Of a DNA stretch of 64,000 bases, positions 53,366-64,000 are shown piece after piece. Each line of letters opens with the position of its first letter. Position 1 is the first letter of the stretch. Both the position numbers and the translations under genes were made by a program. The stretch lies in contig OZ241828.1 of NCBI GenBank assembly GCA_965202585.1, positions 25,668,001-25,732,000 on the forward strand, read 5' to 3'. This DNA comes from Thalia democratica. Its lineage: Eukaryota. The notes below the pieces were generated by a model. The model was not told where the DNA came from. It was given only the letters and a program-made list of their open reading frames with translations, and searched no databases.

Positions 53366-53750
53366 AACAGGATCAAACACAAAAGTGTTTTTGTTTGCAA
53401 TTTAATCAAAGTCAAGGATAATCAATAGAAAGAAGCGGTTTATTTGGCTAACGAGATTTCGTAGACAAGTGCAACAAAAATTTTAAATCTATTTCTTTTA
53501 CTTTTTATCAAAACATTTCAATACTTTAAATAATTTTTTATACTCTTTTAATTTATAATTGAAACTCATTTGAATTTGTAACAAACGTCAACATTTAGAT
53601 TTGCAATAGAGTGCAGTTCAACTGATGAATTATGTTTCAATAATTATGTAGCCGTTCTAAGCTTTAGATAATTTTAAAGATTCTAGTTTTTTTAGACTCT
53701 TTTTCTCGAACAGGATCAAAAAAAATCATTTTGTTTACAATTTAATCAAA
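53366..53750 (+). repeat. direct repeat pair about 343 bp apart
   Basis: aacaggatcaaa...ttttgtttRcaatttaatcaaa twice. Confidence 0.7.
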
Positions 53751-54206
53751 TTCACTGCCAAATCAATACGGTACTCCCTCACGAACTTTTACAACTCAAA
53801 AAGATTGATTGTCAGAAAAGTTTAAAAAACTTAATTTGACCTAAGTGTTTTTTTTTGGAATAAAAGCCTGTCTTTTGTTGTTACCTATTTGAGTTTTAGA
53901 AAGGTAATAAACTTTTATAAAACAACATCACGAATGTGTAAAAAAAAAATTAGTACTTTAAATATCTTTTTCAAAAAACAACCTTTGATGACTTTATTTT
54001 TCTTCAAAAAAGAATAGTAACATCATTTTTCAAGCATAACAAAAAAGTACTGAACTTGTTGTTAATTTTAAACTTATGTTTTAACTTCGGTAAAAACTTT
54101 AACTTTTGTACACACTTTACCAAAGACTGTAAGGTTTTAGTTGCTTTTAATTTATATATTGTTAACAGAAATAACTATTAAAAAATACATTGTTATTAAA
54201 ACTCAC

Positions 54207-54277
54207 GTTCGATCCTCTTGGTTTCATTCTTCTTCAGCAACTTTATAATCGCATCTGGTTTGTTCGTGTCGTTCAAC
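54207..54277 (-). CDS. scrib: scribble exon H: (R)LNDTNKPDAIIKLLKKNETKRIE
   Basis: ttaAG / GTgagt, phase 2->1. Confidence 0.8.
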
Positions 54278-54380
54278 CTTAATGATTTATTTGTTCATAA
54301 CATGTTTTTAGTTTATAAATTTCTAAACCTTTGACCTTATTATTTTTCTTGTTTCTTCTTTACAAGATTGTTTTTTTTTA

Positions 54381-54530
54381 TATACCAACCTTATTTGACT
54401 TGTTTTACTTTTTTTTTAATATTTATTATATATTTTTCGTTCAGCCTAATTAGTTTTATAACATAGATACATTTATTAATATATGTTTATACATTAATAC
54501 CAACCTAGTACCCCTCTTCTAACGAGTTGT
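54381..54530 (-). pseudogene. two echoes of the exon G donor
   Basis: ataccaacct motif with partial exon similarity at 54381-54395 and 54496-54530. Confidence 0.65.
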
Positions 54531-54575
54531 TCTGGTTGTACATAAAATTTACTTTAATTTATAATTTTTTTTAAC

Positions 54576-54855
54576 TAGGGTTTCTCTTTTTTTTTCAAAA
54601 ATTCCCTTTAAATAAATTTAAAAAACTATGGCCCTCTCCAACAAGATTACTCAAAAAAAACCTTTTAAGAACTTTTTTATATTTGCTCTTCATATTCAAC
54701 TCCAAAAACTCTAGTGTAAATTTCAAATTATGTGCTCATGGCCCCCTGTGGCTCCTATACTAAGCATACCCCCGCTTAGCCCCTTTGCTGCTGATGGTCC
54801 CTGAATATCTGTCATGACCCCCAAGGGGCCACTTAGTCCGCTTTGGGAAACCCTG
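54576..54855. mobile_element. second, more diverged member of the 43946 MITE family
   Basis: Shared internal blocks (tggcccyct, tagtgtaaRtttcaaattatg, catggccc..tgtggctcct, tttgggaaRccctg); TIR tagggtttctc/gggaaaccctg; degenerate TSD tttttaac/ctttaaac. Confidence 0.8.
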
Positions 54856-54873
54856 CTTTAAACGCATACCAAC

Positions 54874-54995
54874 CTTATGTCCCTCTTGTAGTGTGGAGTG
54901 TCTTTCCTGTGCAGTCTAAGCTGATCGCTCCAGTCGTGTGAGGGTGTTTGTTCAGACGCTGAAGGATGAAAAGATACTCCTTTTTCCTCGTAGTA
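54874..54995 (-). CDS. scrib: scribble exon G: YYEEKGVSFHPSASEQTPSHDWSDQLRLHRKDTPHYKRDI
   Basis: ttttAG / GTtggt, phase 0->2; RKDTPHYK resembles vertebrate SCRIB; donor fixed by phase match to exon H. Confidence 0.85.
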
Positions 54996-55460
54996 CTAAA
55001 AGAGTATTGTAGCTTTTATAAGTTAAGATATTCCCTTTCTATATTACTTTTAATTGATGTAACGAAATAAAGGTGGAAAAAATACTAAAAATTTATTGAT
55101 TAGTTTGAAAAATACATGTTTAGATTAGTTTTAAATTATTACAATAAATATACTTCCTCATTCGGTTTTTTTATTAGTATTTTTTTTTAAAGATATGAAA
55201 ATATAAATAAATGCATAGAATTTTTTGTTTCAGCTTTTAGTTGTTTTACAAACTTGGTATAATTTTTTTTTAAACACTGTTAGTTATTAAAACATGGCGA
55301 GCAGATTCTATCTATATAAATCTTACTCTTTTTTGATTTCTCTATAAAATATTCTATTTTCATTATTTTACACATAGTTTTTAACTAAAAGAAAAATAAA
55401 TTACAAAAAATAGCATACCAATTTCTCAAAAATATCAATTAATTTTTTTAAAGAAGTTCT

Positions 55461-55495
55461 GCTAACCTCTGCAATATAATCTTCAAATATTTTTG
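55461..55495 (-). pseudogene. in-frame echo of the exon F donor
   Basis: AAAATATTTGAAGATTATATTGCAGAG|gttagc vs GAAATGTTTGAAAATTATATTGAGGAG|gttatt. Confidence 0.75.
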
Positions 55496-55568
55496 ATAGT
55501 ATGTCTTTTAACATAGTTTTTAATAAAAAAAGGGAAACATTGAATATTTTCTCAAAAAACTTAATAAC

Positions 55569-55675
55569 CTCCTCAATATAATTTTCAAACATTTCCCCCT
55601 CCACTTCGCCTAATTCGTCTTCATTAGGTGATTCTTCTATTAGGGGATTTTTTTCTTCACAGCTCTCATTTGCTT
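55569..55675 (-). CDS. scrib: scribble exon F (acidic linker): EANESCEEKNPLIEESPNEDELGEVEGEMFENYIEE
   Basis: ttacAG / GTtatt, phase 1->0; a second in-frame donor would end the exon at 55467. Confidence 0.8.
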
Positions 55676-56791
55676 CTGTAAAGTATCGAAAGTAAAATTA
55701 AAGTTTTAAATATATCAAAATTATCATATTATATTTATAAAGTAACATTTTGTAACATTTGTTTTTTTAATACTTTCGTTTTCTTCTTTATATATTGTAT
55801 TTAATTAGCATCATCTAATTAATGAAAATTTTTATATGTTGACTTTGGTAAAGTATTTGCTTTTGTTAAATATAAGAAATAAAGGTTATAAAGGTAAAAC
55901 TTGAAACTATCAAAAAAACTTAAATTTAGAAACATTAAACTCGATAAAAAACAACCGGAAGAAAACTGTTTACATAGACTTTGTTTAGACTGGAGTTTTC
56001 TCATTACTTTTTTATGTTACTTATGTATATCATGTAAAGCAGCACTTTGTGGAAATTGACTGAAACAACGGTTTACATAAACCATTTTTTTAATTTGAAG
56101 TTGAAGTTTCTTAACTACATCTCACAATTTTTACCTCATCAAGTTTAAATCAAAGTTAAAATAAGCTGCGACTTGGCTGCAGTTTTCAACTAGTTTTTGG
56201 AGCCAATTTTAAGTTATAATTGAATTTTCATTTACGGTTAGTTTAAACTTGCTTATAATTGTCAATTCGTAACAGTTCAAGGAAATTTAGTCTAGCTTTT
56301 GGATGCACAATATCACAAAAACACAACTAATCAATACAAGCGTCGGCTTAATAAGTTTTTAAGTAATTATCACAAAATTAATCAATTTCACACAGTGATT
56401 AGCGGTACATTGTCATTTTTTACGTAAGATGTAATGAGGAAAACAAATTTTTTGTGCGAAATTCTTGAACTTTTTTATAAATTTCAATCTATGATGGCCT
56501 GGTAAAAATAGTTTTTTTAAAGAAACTTAGCTAATTTATTTACAAAAATAAATGTTATAATAATTTGACATAAGAAACTACTTATTTTAATTTTCTATTG
56601 GTTACATACCAGTATTCTAACTTTTTCCATGACTTTTAAGTATATCTTTTCAGAATGTAGTTTAAATGAAACACTGTTAACTATAAAAAGTTTAGAAAAA
56701 CTAAACTGTGTTATAATTTACTTGTTAAATGTTCAGAACAATAAGTTTTAATTGCCACTTATTTATACTATTTATAAATTTAACAAAATAC

Positions 56792-56938
56792 CTTCTTGCA
56801 CTTCAGCGAATGCGACTCTCGATCGTTCTTCTTCTCTATCATCCGTATTGTTATCCGCATCCCGATTATCCGGCATCAACCTCGATTCTTCGTTTGTTTC
56901 TTCTTCGTCTGATGGTTCCGATATGTTTTTCAGGTTTT
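56792..56938 (-). CDS. scrib: scribble exon E (acidic linker): ENLKNISEPSDEEETNEESRLMPDNRDADNNTDDREEERSRVAFAEVQE
   Basis: ttccAG / GTattt, phase 1->1, open and compatible with neighbours. Confidence 0.85.
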
Positions 56939-57395
56939 CTGGAATAAAACATAGTAGTTATTAAACTGTTCTGTTTACCAATTAAACTAATGTTTGTTTT
57001 TTTTTTAATCTCACGTTAATAAACAATATTTTCTGTAATTAATCAGATTATAAAGTCTTACATTCAAACTTAGTTTAGAAATATAAAGTAAGTAATATCT
57101 AGTCAAGTAAATACGCAAGAGTATTAAAAAGTTTCCCAAACAAAAGGCAGCAACTGAACTCAAGTTGATGTTTTTTTTTTGAGGTATAACCACGGAAACA
57201 TTTTTAGAAAATTTAACTATCATGTGGCCGATCAAAAAATAAAACAATAAAGTTATTAAATCATTTTACACTAACTGAACGGGTTTTTTTATTAACTTTC
57301 TCTGGTTATGATTATAATTCAAAACTAAAAAATCTTTAATAAACTATAAAATATCATAAATACTCATAACATTGATTAAAAAAGTTTACACTCAC

Positions 57396-57519
57396 CGGAT
57401 GGTTGTTTTTTGAACAGTTTGCTCTGTGCCGCCATCTGACGGTGTTTTTGCACGATTGAGGATTGTTGGTGTCTTTTCGAATCTTTTGGGTGAGGTGTTA
57501 GGTGGCGTTGTAGGCTAGA
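57396..57519 (-). CDS. scrib: scribble exon D (LAPSD-b): SSLQRHLTPHPKDSKRHQQSSIVQKHRQMAAQSKLFKKQPS
   Basis: ttacAG / GTgagt, phase 0->1, LQRxxTPHP motif. Confidence 0.9.
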
Positions 57520-57715
57520 CTGTAAATAAAATTGATATTATTTTTAAATTTTATGGTTAGTTTAAGTTTTTAGGGTAGGGACTTAAAATGGTTAATTAGC
57601 TATTAGTTATAGGGTAATATGAGTGGTGTTAAGGTTAAACCGTAGAAAATAAGTAGCTAATTTTACATATGAAAGTTTGTAGAAGTTTTTGGTTAACGTT
57701 TGAATCTCGAGATGA

Positions 57716-58200
57716 GGCGTCGTAGGCTGGACTATAAAAATCAAATACATTGCTATATAATATTTCAAAACAATTAATACAATATAGTATGATAAAATAC
57801 AGGATGGGGCAAATATGTAGACTAGACTGTAAAAATGGTTAATGATTACTAAGACTTAGTTAATGACTCATTGAATACTTAGGGATATGGCGTTAGTTGG
57901 CGTTCTAGGCTGGACTGTAAACTTAAACAATGTTAATAGTAAAAAACATTTTTTGATACTGACTGAAATAAAGTTTTGACTAAGGAATAAGTGGTGTTTT
58001 GTACTTTGTTGGTAAAAATATATAATAATATAATTTAAAGTATCAATTTTAAACGGACTGTAAAACTTTTTACAAGTTAAAACTATGAAACGTAAGTAGA
58101 AATGGTTTAAGAAGGCGCTGTGTAGTTTGTTTGGGATGTTTACTCAAAATAAATAGTTTTTTACAACTAAAAATGGGCGTTAGGTAGGCTTGACTTTTGT
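57716..58200 (-). pseudogene. 4-5 echoes of the exon D acceptor and first codons
   Basis: AG-TCY-AGY-CTA copies at about 57732, 57827 and 57915, a shorter AG-TCC copy at 58058, and a weaker copy near 58190. Confidence 0.8.
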
Positions 58201-58629
58201 TACAAAAACAAACAAGTAAACAGTTGAGACTTTTAAGTTTACAAGGCTTGATAAATAATTTGAAAAATTGTACTTATTTTTGAAACTAGTCTGTAGTAAA
58301 GTGTGCAAATAGGAGGATGTTAGCTTGCATTATAGTAGCAACAAATAAATCAAAATCAAACTAATAATTTGCCTTACCACGAAAACCCTCTTTTTCATAC
58401 AGTTATATTGATTAAATTTAAATTTAAAAAAAAATTGATAACCTATTTAAAAACTTTTCTGGCCTTTTAATCAAACTATTGCACATGTGTATACTTGTGT
58501 TGTGTGAATTAAGCAAAGAAATAATTTTATACTCGGCAATAACTAATAAGATTATAAGCTAAACCAAAGGTACAAATAGTATGATCTAAACTTATGTTGT
58601 AATAGGAGCAACAAAAACTAAAAGTTGTA

Positions 58630-58712
58630 CTAAGTCCACTCCAAAACATTAATTCTCAAGCTCTGTGAGCTGATCTTCTTTGAATAAAGACTGGGAGATT
58701 TATAATAAACAA
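58630..58712 (-). pseudogene. echo of exon C 3' end
   Basis: gaagatcagctc..gagcttgagaa repeated; donor GT changed to CT; in-frame TAA. Confidence 0.8.
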
Positions 58713-58750
58713 ATTAATTAGAAACAACAAATGTATAACTGAAAACTAAC

Positions 58751-58887
58751 TCCACCACCAAGACCCTCTTTCTCAAGCTCTTCGAGCTGATCTTCGTGGA
58801 AGGTGATCCTCTTGGACGAGGGATTGGGAGTGTGGATCTCGCTCAGGTCTTCTTTCGTTTCGCTCGCTTGTCCGCTCCACATATTTG
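58751..58887 (-). CDS. scrib: scribble exon C: ANMWSGQASETKEDLSEIHTPNPSSKRITFHEDQLEELEKEGLGGG
   Basis: caccAG / GTtagt, phase 1->0, GC-rich island, open frame. Confidence 0.85.
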
Positions 58888-59135
58888 CTGGTGATCATTT
58901 TATTTGATTAGTTTTTTTAAAACGTTGAGTTTTTTAATTGTTTTTTTTTTTTGCAACATGAATACTTACAGGACACTAATAGTGATTTGTCAAGACTTTT
59001 TATCTTTGTGGTTTTTGTGATAAACACTTTTAATACAATAAATATTATTTAAAATATTTTTTTAATTAGACTGTCACAGCTACTATGAAGACTTGTTAAG
59101 AGTCTTGTACTTTTTTACTGTTTTAGTTTAAACTA

Positions 59136-59348
<213 letters not shown>

Positions 59349-62047
59349 CTAATAGTTAAATTAAAACATTTTGAAGCTGTTTTTTTTTAATAAGGGTAAT
59401 TTAAATAACAGTTTGTACCCAGTTTTTACTAGAAGTTTTGTAAACTAATAAGGTACTTTTCTTTAAAACCCTGCCTTTTGATTTTTTTTTGATAAATATT
59501 TAAAACTGACTTTCGGCAAAAACTACGATGCAAGGCATTACAAGGAGTTATGTTTTACTAATGATATTGCCTTATTTTTCAAATGTTTCTACAACTTATG
59601 TGATAAGCAATGGTAAGTTCAAAAAATATTTTTTGTATCATTTTTTCATATATTTTCATATTTTAGTTTAAAAACCAACACTCTGCAAGTGTGTTTAATT
59701 TAAAACAAAAATTTAAATAATCGAATCATAGTTTAGTATAAATTCTTTTTAATTACTCTCAAATTTAAAACAACTTTTTTTTTGTATTGATTTTTGTAAA
59801 TTAGTCTTTTATAACAAATTTTATAAATTAAAATCCTATACTCATACATTATAGTCATTATCCTTATTCTTTTAACTCTTTACTTACCAAAAGTTTGAAA
59901 TTGTTTTAATATTTATTACTCGAAAATAAAGCTCTGTGTAGATTTAAAAACGTCTGTGTAATAAAAATAGAATGAATAGTACATAAATAAATTTAATAAC
60001 CTTTTATTTCATTACAAATAAGTTTTTATTAGCATAAGTTTTTATTATTTGTATGATATTTTTTAAAACATTTTGTCGTTGTTATGACTAACTTTATCAC
60101 TATAGATTTACAATCGCAGACAGTAATTGAATTTAACTCAATAATCTTTATTTACTTTTAATTTTACGACGATAAATATTTAGTAGTGTTATTACAAAAT
60201 ATTTTGTTTACTACTAATTTTACGACTTAAAATGTTTGAGAGTGTTATTACAACAATTTTTGTTTGTATTTTTTGTAATAACACTACCAATTTAGTCTTG
60301 GTAAGCTATCAACTAGTATAGGTAAGTGTTAATTCTAAACGCTTCTCCTTACTTGTATAGTAAGTTTAAGTTGTAGTAACATTGGACAAAACATAAAGCT
60401 AAGCAAAAAATGCTGGATTGACAGTTTTAAATGTTTATAAATTTATTTTGGCATATCTTACTAGTTTGTTTACACAAAAAAGTGTTATATAACACTACAG
60501 GTCGTAAAACTTCTACTATACATGTATGTAAGCAAACAAATAAAACCCTGCTTTGTTAGTAAAAAAATTTCCAGTGTCAAAAAGATTTTTTTTCAAATTT
60601 TTTGTTTTATTAAAACTTTTATAAAAACTATATTTCAGGTTACACAGGCTAAAATAATAGTTGTATAAAGGTTTATTTGAAAAATGACTTGTGTTTTTGT
60701 ACTAAACTGTGTACAAATTTTACAACTTTAGATATAAAGTTTTCATATTGTTATATTTTGTAAACATTTTTAAAAATATTTTTAACTTTAAGTAAATACG
60801 AAATAAGCTTTTGTAAACCTTAATAAATATAGTTCTGATAAAAGTTTACTTTTATAAAATTAAGTATTAATACCAAGTAACTTTAATTTTAAAAATGATC
60901 TAATATTATACGTAAACAATATATAAACTACATCTTATTTTCTCACATAATAAGTTCTAAAAACTGTTATCATTCACACATTTAGAAGTATTTGGACGAT
61001 AATTACCGTATAAATTGAATAAATAAACACTTTTGTTTACAGATATATTGTTTACTTGGTCAAACACTTTGAACTTATTCTTTACAAAATATAGGCTAAA
61101 ATTATTACAAAAAACTTTTTCAATTTACGAAAAAACTTTTTGTACTACTTTATTGAACTAGTTTAAAAAACTTAAATGTACAGTTTTGATAGTAATTGAT
61201 TATAAATCATTATGGAAATACAAACAATTGATAATTAAAGTTTTAGGACTAGGTTTGATGTGTATATTTTTAGATGATGTTTAATACTTTTAACGTACTT
61301 TGTATTTTTAAAACTGTAAATTAAATGATAAAGCGGTGATAAATCTATTTCATTAAATTCTTTTTAAAGTTAGAGTATCATATTTGCTTATTTCGCCGTT
61401 TTTATATCACCTAAATACGTAGATGGTTTCTATTGTTACTAAAACCTAAATGGATTTCTTTTTTTTAAGATAATTTTATTTAAATTTTAGATATACTTTA
61501 ATAATAAAAAGTTTTGTTTTGCTTCTGTTTTTAATATTTTTTTGAGCTTTTAGATGTCTTTAGCAAAACATATTTAAAAAAAAAACATAGCCTTAATATC
61601 CTTGTCATAAGTCATTTAAGTTTTAAAACTGTTGTTTCCTTAATCTTAAACTATTTTTTACAAACGCTGCATATTTGTATAAAAGTATATACATTGTTTA
61701 ATAAGTATTTTAACAAAAAAGACTTAAACTTTTTATCTTTTTGTTATAGTTTGTAAGAAGCAATAGAAAACTCTTCAGTGGTAAAGCTACTAATCTTATA
61801 ACTACTTTTGGTACGTTATCCCTCTTAAAATAATAAAAACAAAGGTAATACGACGCATAACTCGGTAGCAAATTACTCAAACACTACTATTACTTATATT
61901 GAAGTGATTTTTTTTTTACTTTTCAACTTAAGAACAGCGAGTGATAATAGCAGACGGCCAAATGATGATTAGGGAACATAATCGATTTGATATTTTTGAA
62001 TACTAAGTTATAAAACGTCAAATGTTTTAAACTACTATTTTGTATAC

Positions 62048-62207
62048 CTTTCAGTTTAAGAACGGCTAGTGATATGGGCAGGTGGTTCAATCTGTTCCCC
62101 TTCACGTCGAGAACGTGCAAGCTCTCGCAATCGCCCAGCTCGTCAGGAACGTGTTCTAATTGGTTCTCCCGCACGCTCAGTATCGTCAGTTTCTTGCACT
62201 GGCCGAT
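62048..62207 (-). CDS. scrib: scribble exon A (LRR end): IGQCKKLTILSVRENQLEHVPDELGDCESLHVLDVKGNRLNHLPISLAVLKLK
   Basis: ttcccAG acceptor, GTatac donor, phase 0->1, LRR consensus LxxLxVxxNxL. Confidence 0.95.
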
Positions 62208-62306
62208 CTGGGAAAATAAATTATTTTGCTTTAAATACGGATATAAAAACTATAACGCTAATTATTGACAATGAAAATATTTGAAAACTGTCCACAGTGC
62301 ATTTAT

Positions 62307-62345
62307 CACGCTGAGTATCGTCAATTTCTTGCACTGACCGATCTG
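62307..62345 (-). pseudogene. echo of exon A 5' end with intact acceptor
   Basis: 36/39 identity to 62172-62210; ttcttacAG. Confidence 0.9.
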
Positions 62346-64000
62346 TAAGAAGTGTTGTACTTAAAACTATAATTTACAGTATATAGTACATGACACTCGA
62401 AATACTAGTAAAATGTGCAGAGTGGGTAGTATAAGTTCGGTTTAATGATATGCTGGATACTATATCCGGATCTGGTAGATCACTAGCGAAAATATGGTCT
62501 CAAATAATTTAACAAATACAAAAAATCAAAAAAAAAAACAAAAAATAAATTTGTCAGTTTTTTAATCAATCAAACTTAAAGTTGCTTGTTCAGCAAAAGC
62601 GTTTTTGTTGTTTCAAAAACATAATATGTACAAAATAACAACTGATTTGCTAATTGTACATAAAAATGTTTTAAGAGTATTGAGTAATTTCAGCATTCAA
62701 CACATCATTGAACTTTCTATTTATACTAAAAACAATATAGAATTGATTAATTTAACTCGATAAACTAAATATATCCAGACTATATACATCATATTTTATA
62801 AGTTTTATGCATAGATGTAGAAGTTGATTTTTTTATTACAGAAGTTTAATTATTTTTTCTTGATTTGCAGCGGTTATGTTAGATTTTGTTTTTATACTTT
62901 TCACCTAATAACTTTTAAATTTGTTTTATGCTAACTCGCTTTTGTAGTTTATAGTTACTCTACAAAATACAAAAAACAAACATGTTCAAAAACATAAACT
63001 AATAAAAAAAATTATAAAAACCTAAAAACTAGTTTAATACATCAAAACTAGTATGTTATCAATAGTGTTATATTGTCTTATAGAATTCCGATTACTTATT
63101 ATCAGCTAAAAACAAGACTTTTTAAGAACTCAAAGAAGACATTTTGTCAAATCAATTAAATTAAAGTTGCCACTGTCTAACATATGTTATTTGTTTAGCA
63201 GGAAAATGACGTATTGAAAAATAAATTAAATATTAATCAGTAAGTAAGCTAATACCTGGTGCTTGACAGATAATATTTTAAACAAGTATTTTATTTAAGA
63301 AGAACAAAAAATGCACATATTAAAAGTTGTTCTTTATATTTATTAGATCATACAGATTTATCTTTGAATAAAAGAAATAAATATGTTTTAGTTTTTGTAT
63401 AATTAGTAATATAGCTTAATGTTTGATATATAAAAATTTATTAGTTCTGACTTTCAAAATAATAAAGTACTGTTATTGTGTAAAATTTAAATCCTAAATC
63501 AAACACCAAGTTCGTTTTTTTTTTAATAAAATTTTTAATTTTTTATAACTTTATTTACAGGTATTTAAGATCAAAAAACTTAAAATCGAACTTGCTGTAA
63601 AATTATAACTATCTTAAACTCCTAAAGTATTTTAACAACTTTTAGATCAGATTATTTTCTTTGAAGTTTTCAAACATTTAGCCTAATTGTTTTAAACTTT
63701 ATCAAGTTTGTGGTACACCTTACTTTTGTGGTTACTTCTCAATGTTGTGGTAAAAATCTAAATAAAGAAATTTACAGCAGCTTTATAGTAGACTTAAACT
63801 TTTACAAAATACCTAGAGATTTGTTTGTAAAATTATACTTTTAAACTTTTCAAATCTTTTACCTTTTTAGCATTTACAAAGTCATAACTTGAAAAGCTAA
63901 GCCTTTTTTCTAAGAGATCAAAGAGAAGTTGAATTGCATTAATATTATTTTTATACTAAGTATTATTGTATATAAAAAATTTTGTAGTAAAGTATTTCTT

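Noticed and set aside
7424-53630. Other CTGATGA words (about 7427, 27141, 44428, 53622) as hammerheads or C/D boxes
   Set aside because: No stem II-GAAA-stem III arrangement and no convincing paired C/D boxes with a terminal stem
62440-62490. atccggatctggtagatcactag as a transposon terminus
   Set aside because: Only one end seen; no matching TIR or TSD in the window

Overview
AT-rich eukaryotic (animal) nuclear DNA with GC-richer exons; no prokaryotic features. Most of the window is the 3' part of a minus-strand scribble (LAP family) gene. I reconstructed 20 GT-AG exons (62207 down to 29036; 2730 nt = 910 codons, all phases compatible) encoding the last LRRs, LAPSD-a/b and four PDZ domains. 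The N-terminal LRR exons lie beyond the right edge, and no recognisable Scribble C-terminal exon occurs in the remaining 29 kb. That 29 kb holds two same-strand, ATG-initiated coding exons that both start with an N-myristoylation-type MGN motif and can end at phase-0 donors: a 44-codon exon (23825-23956) and a 692-aa acidic MARCKS/AKAP12-like ORF (3742-5820), plus several promoter-like islands. Introns show pervasive local tandem duplication: half of the scribble exons have decayed echo copies of one edge, splice site included, in the adjacent intron. Also present are hAT- and Tc1/mariner-type MITEs, an inverted pair of degenerate Penelope-type hammerhead ribozyme motifs, and a strong excess of the palindrome TGACGTCA. 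A tunicate origin is my low-to-moderate confidence inference. All coordinates were read by hand and should be verified.
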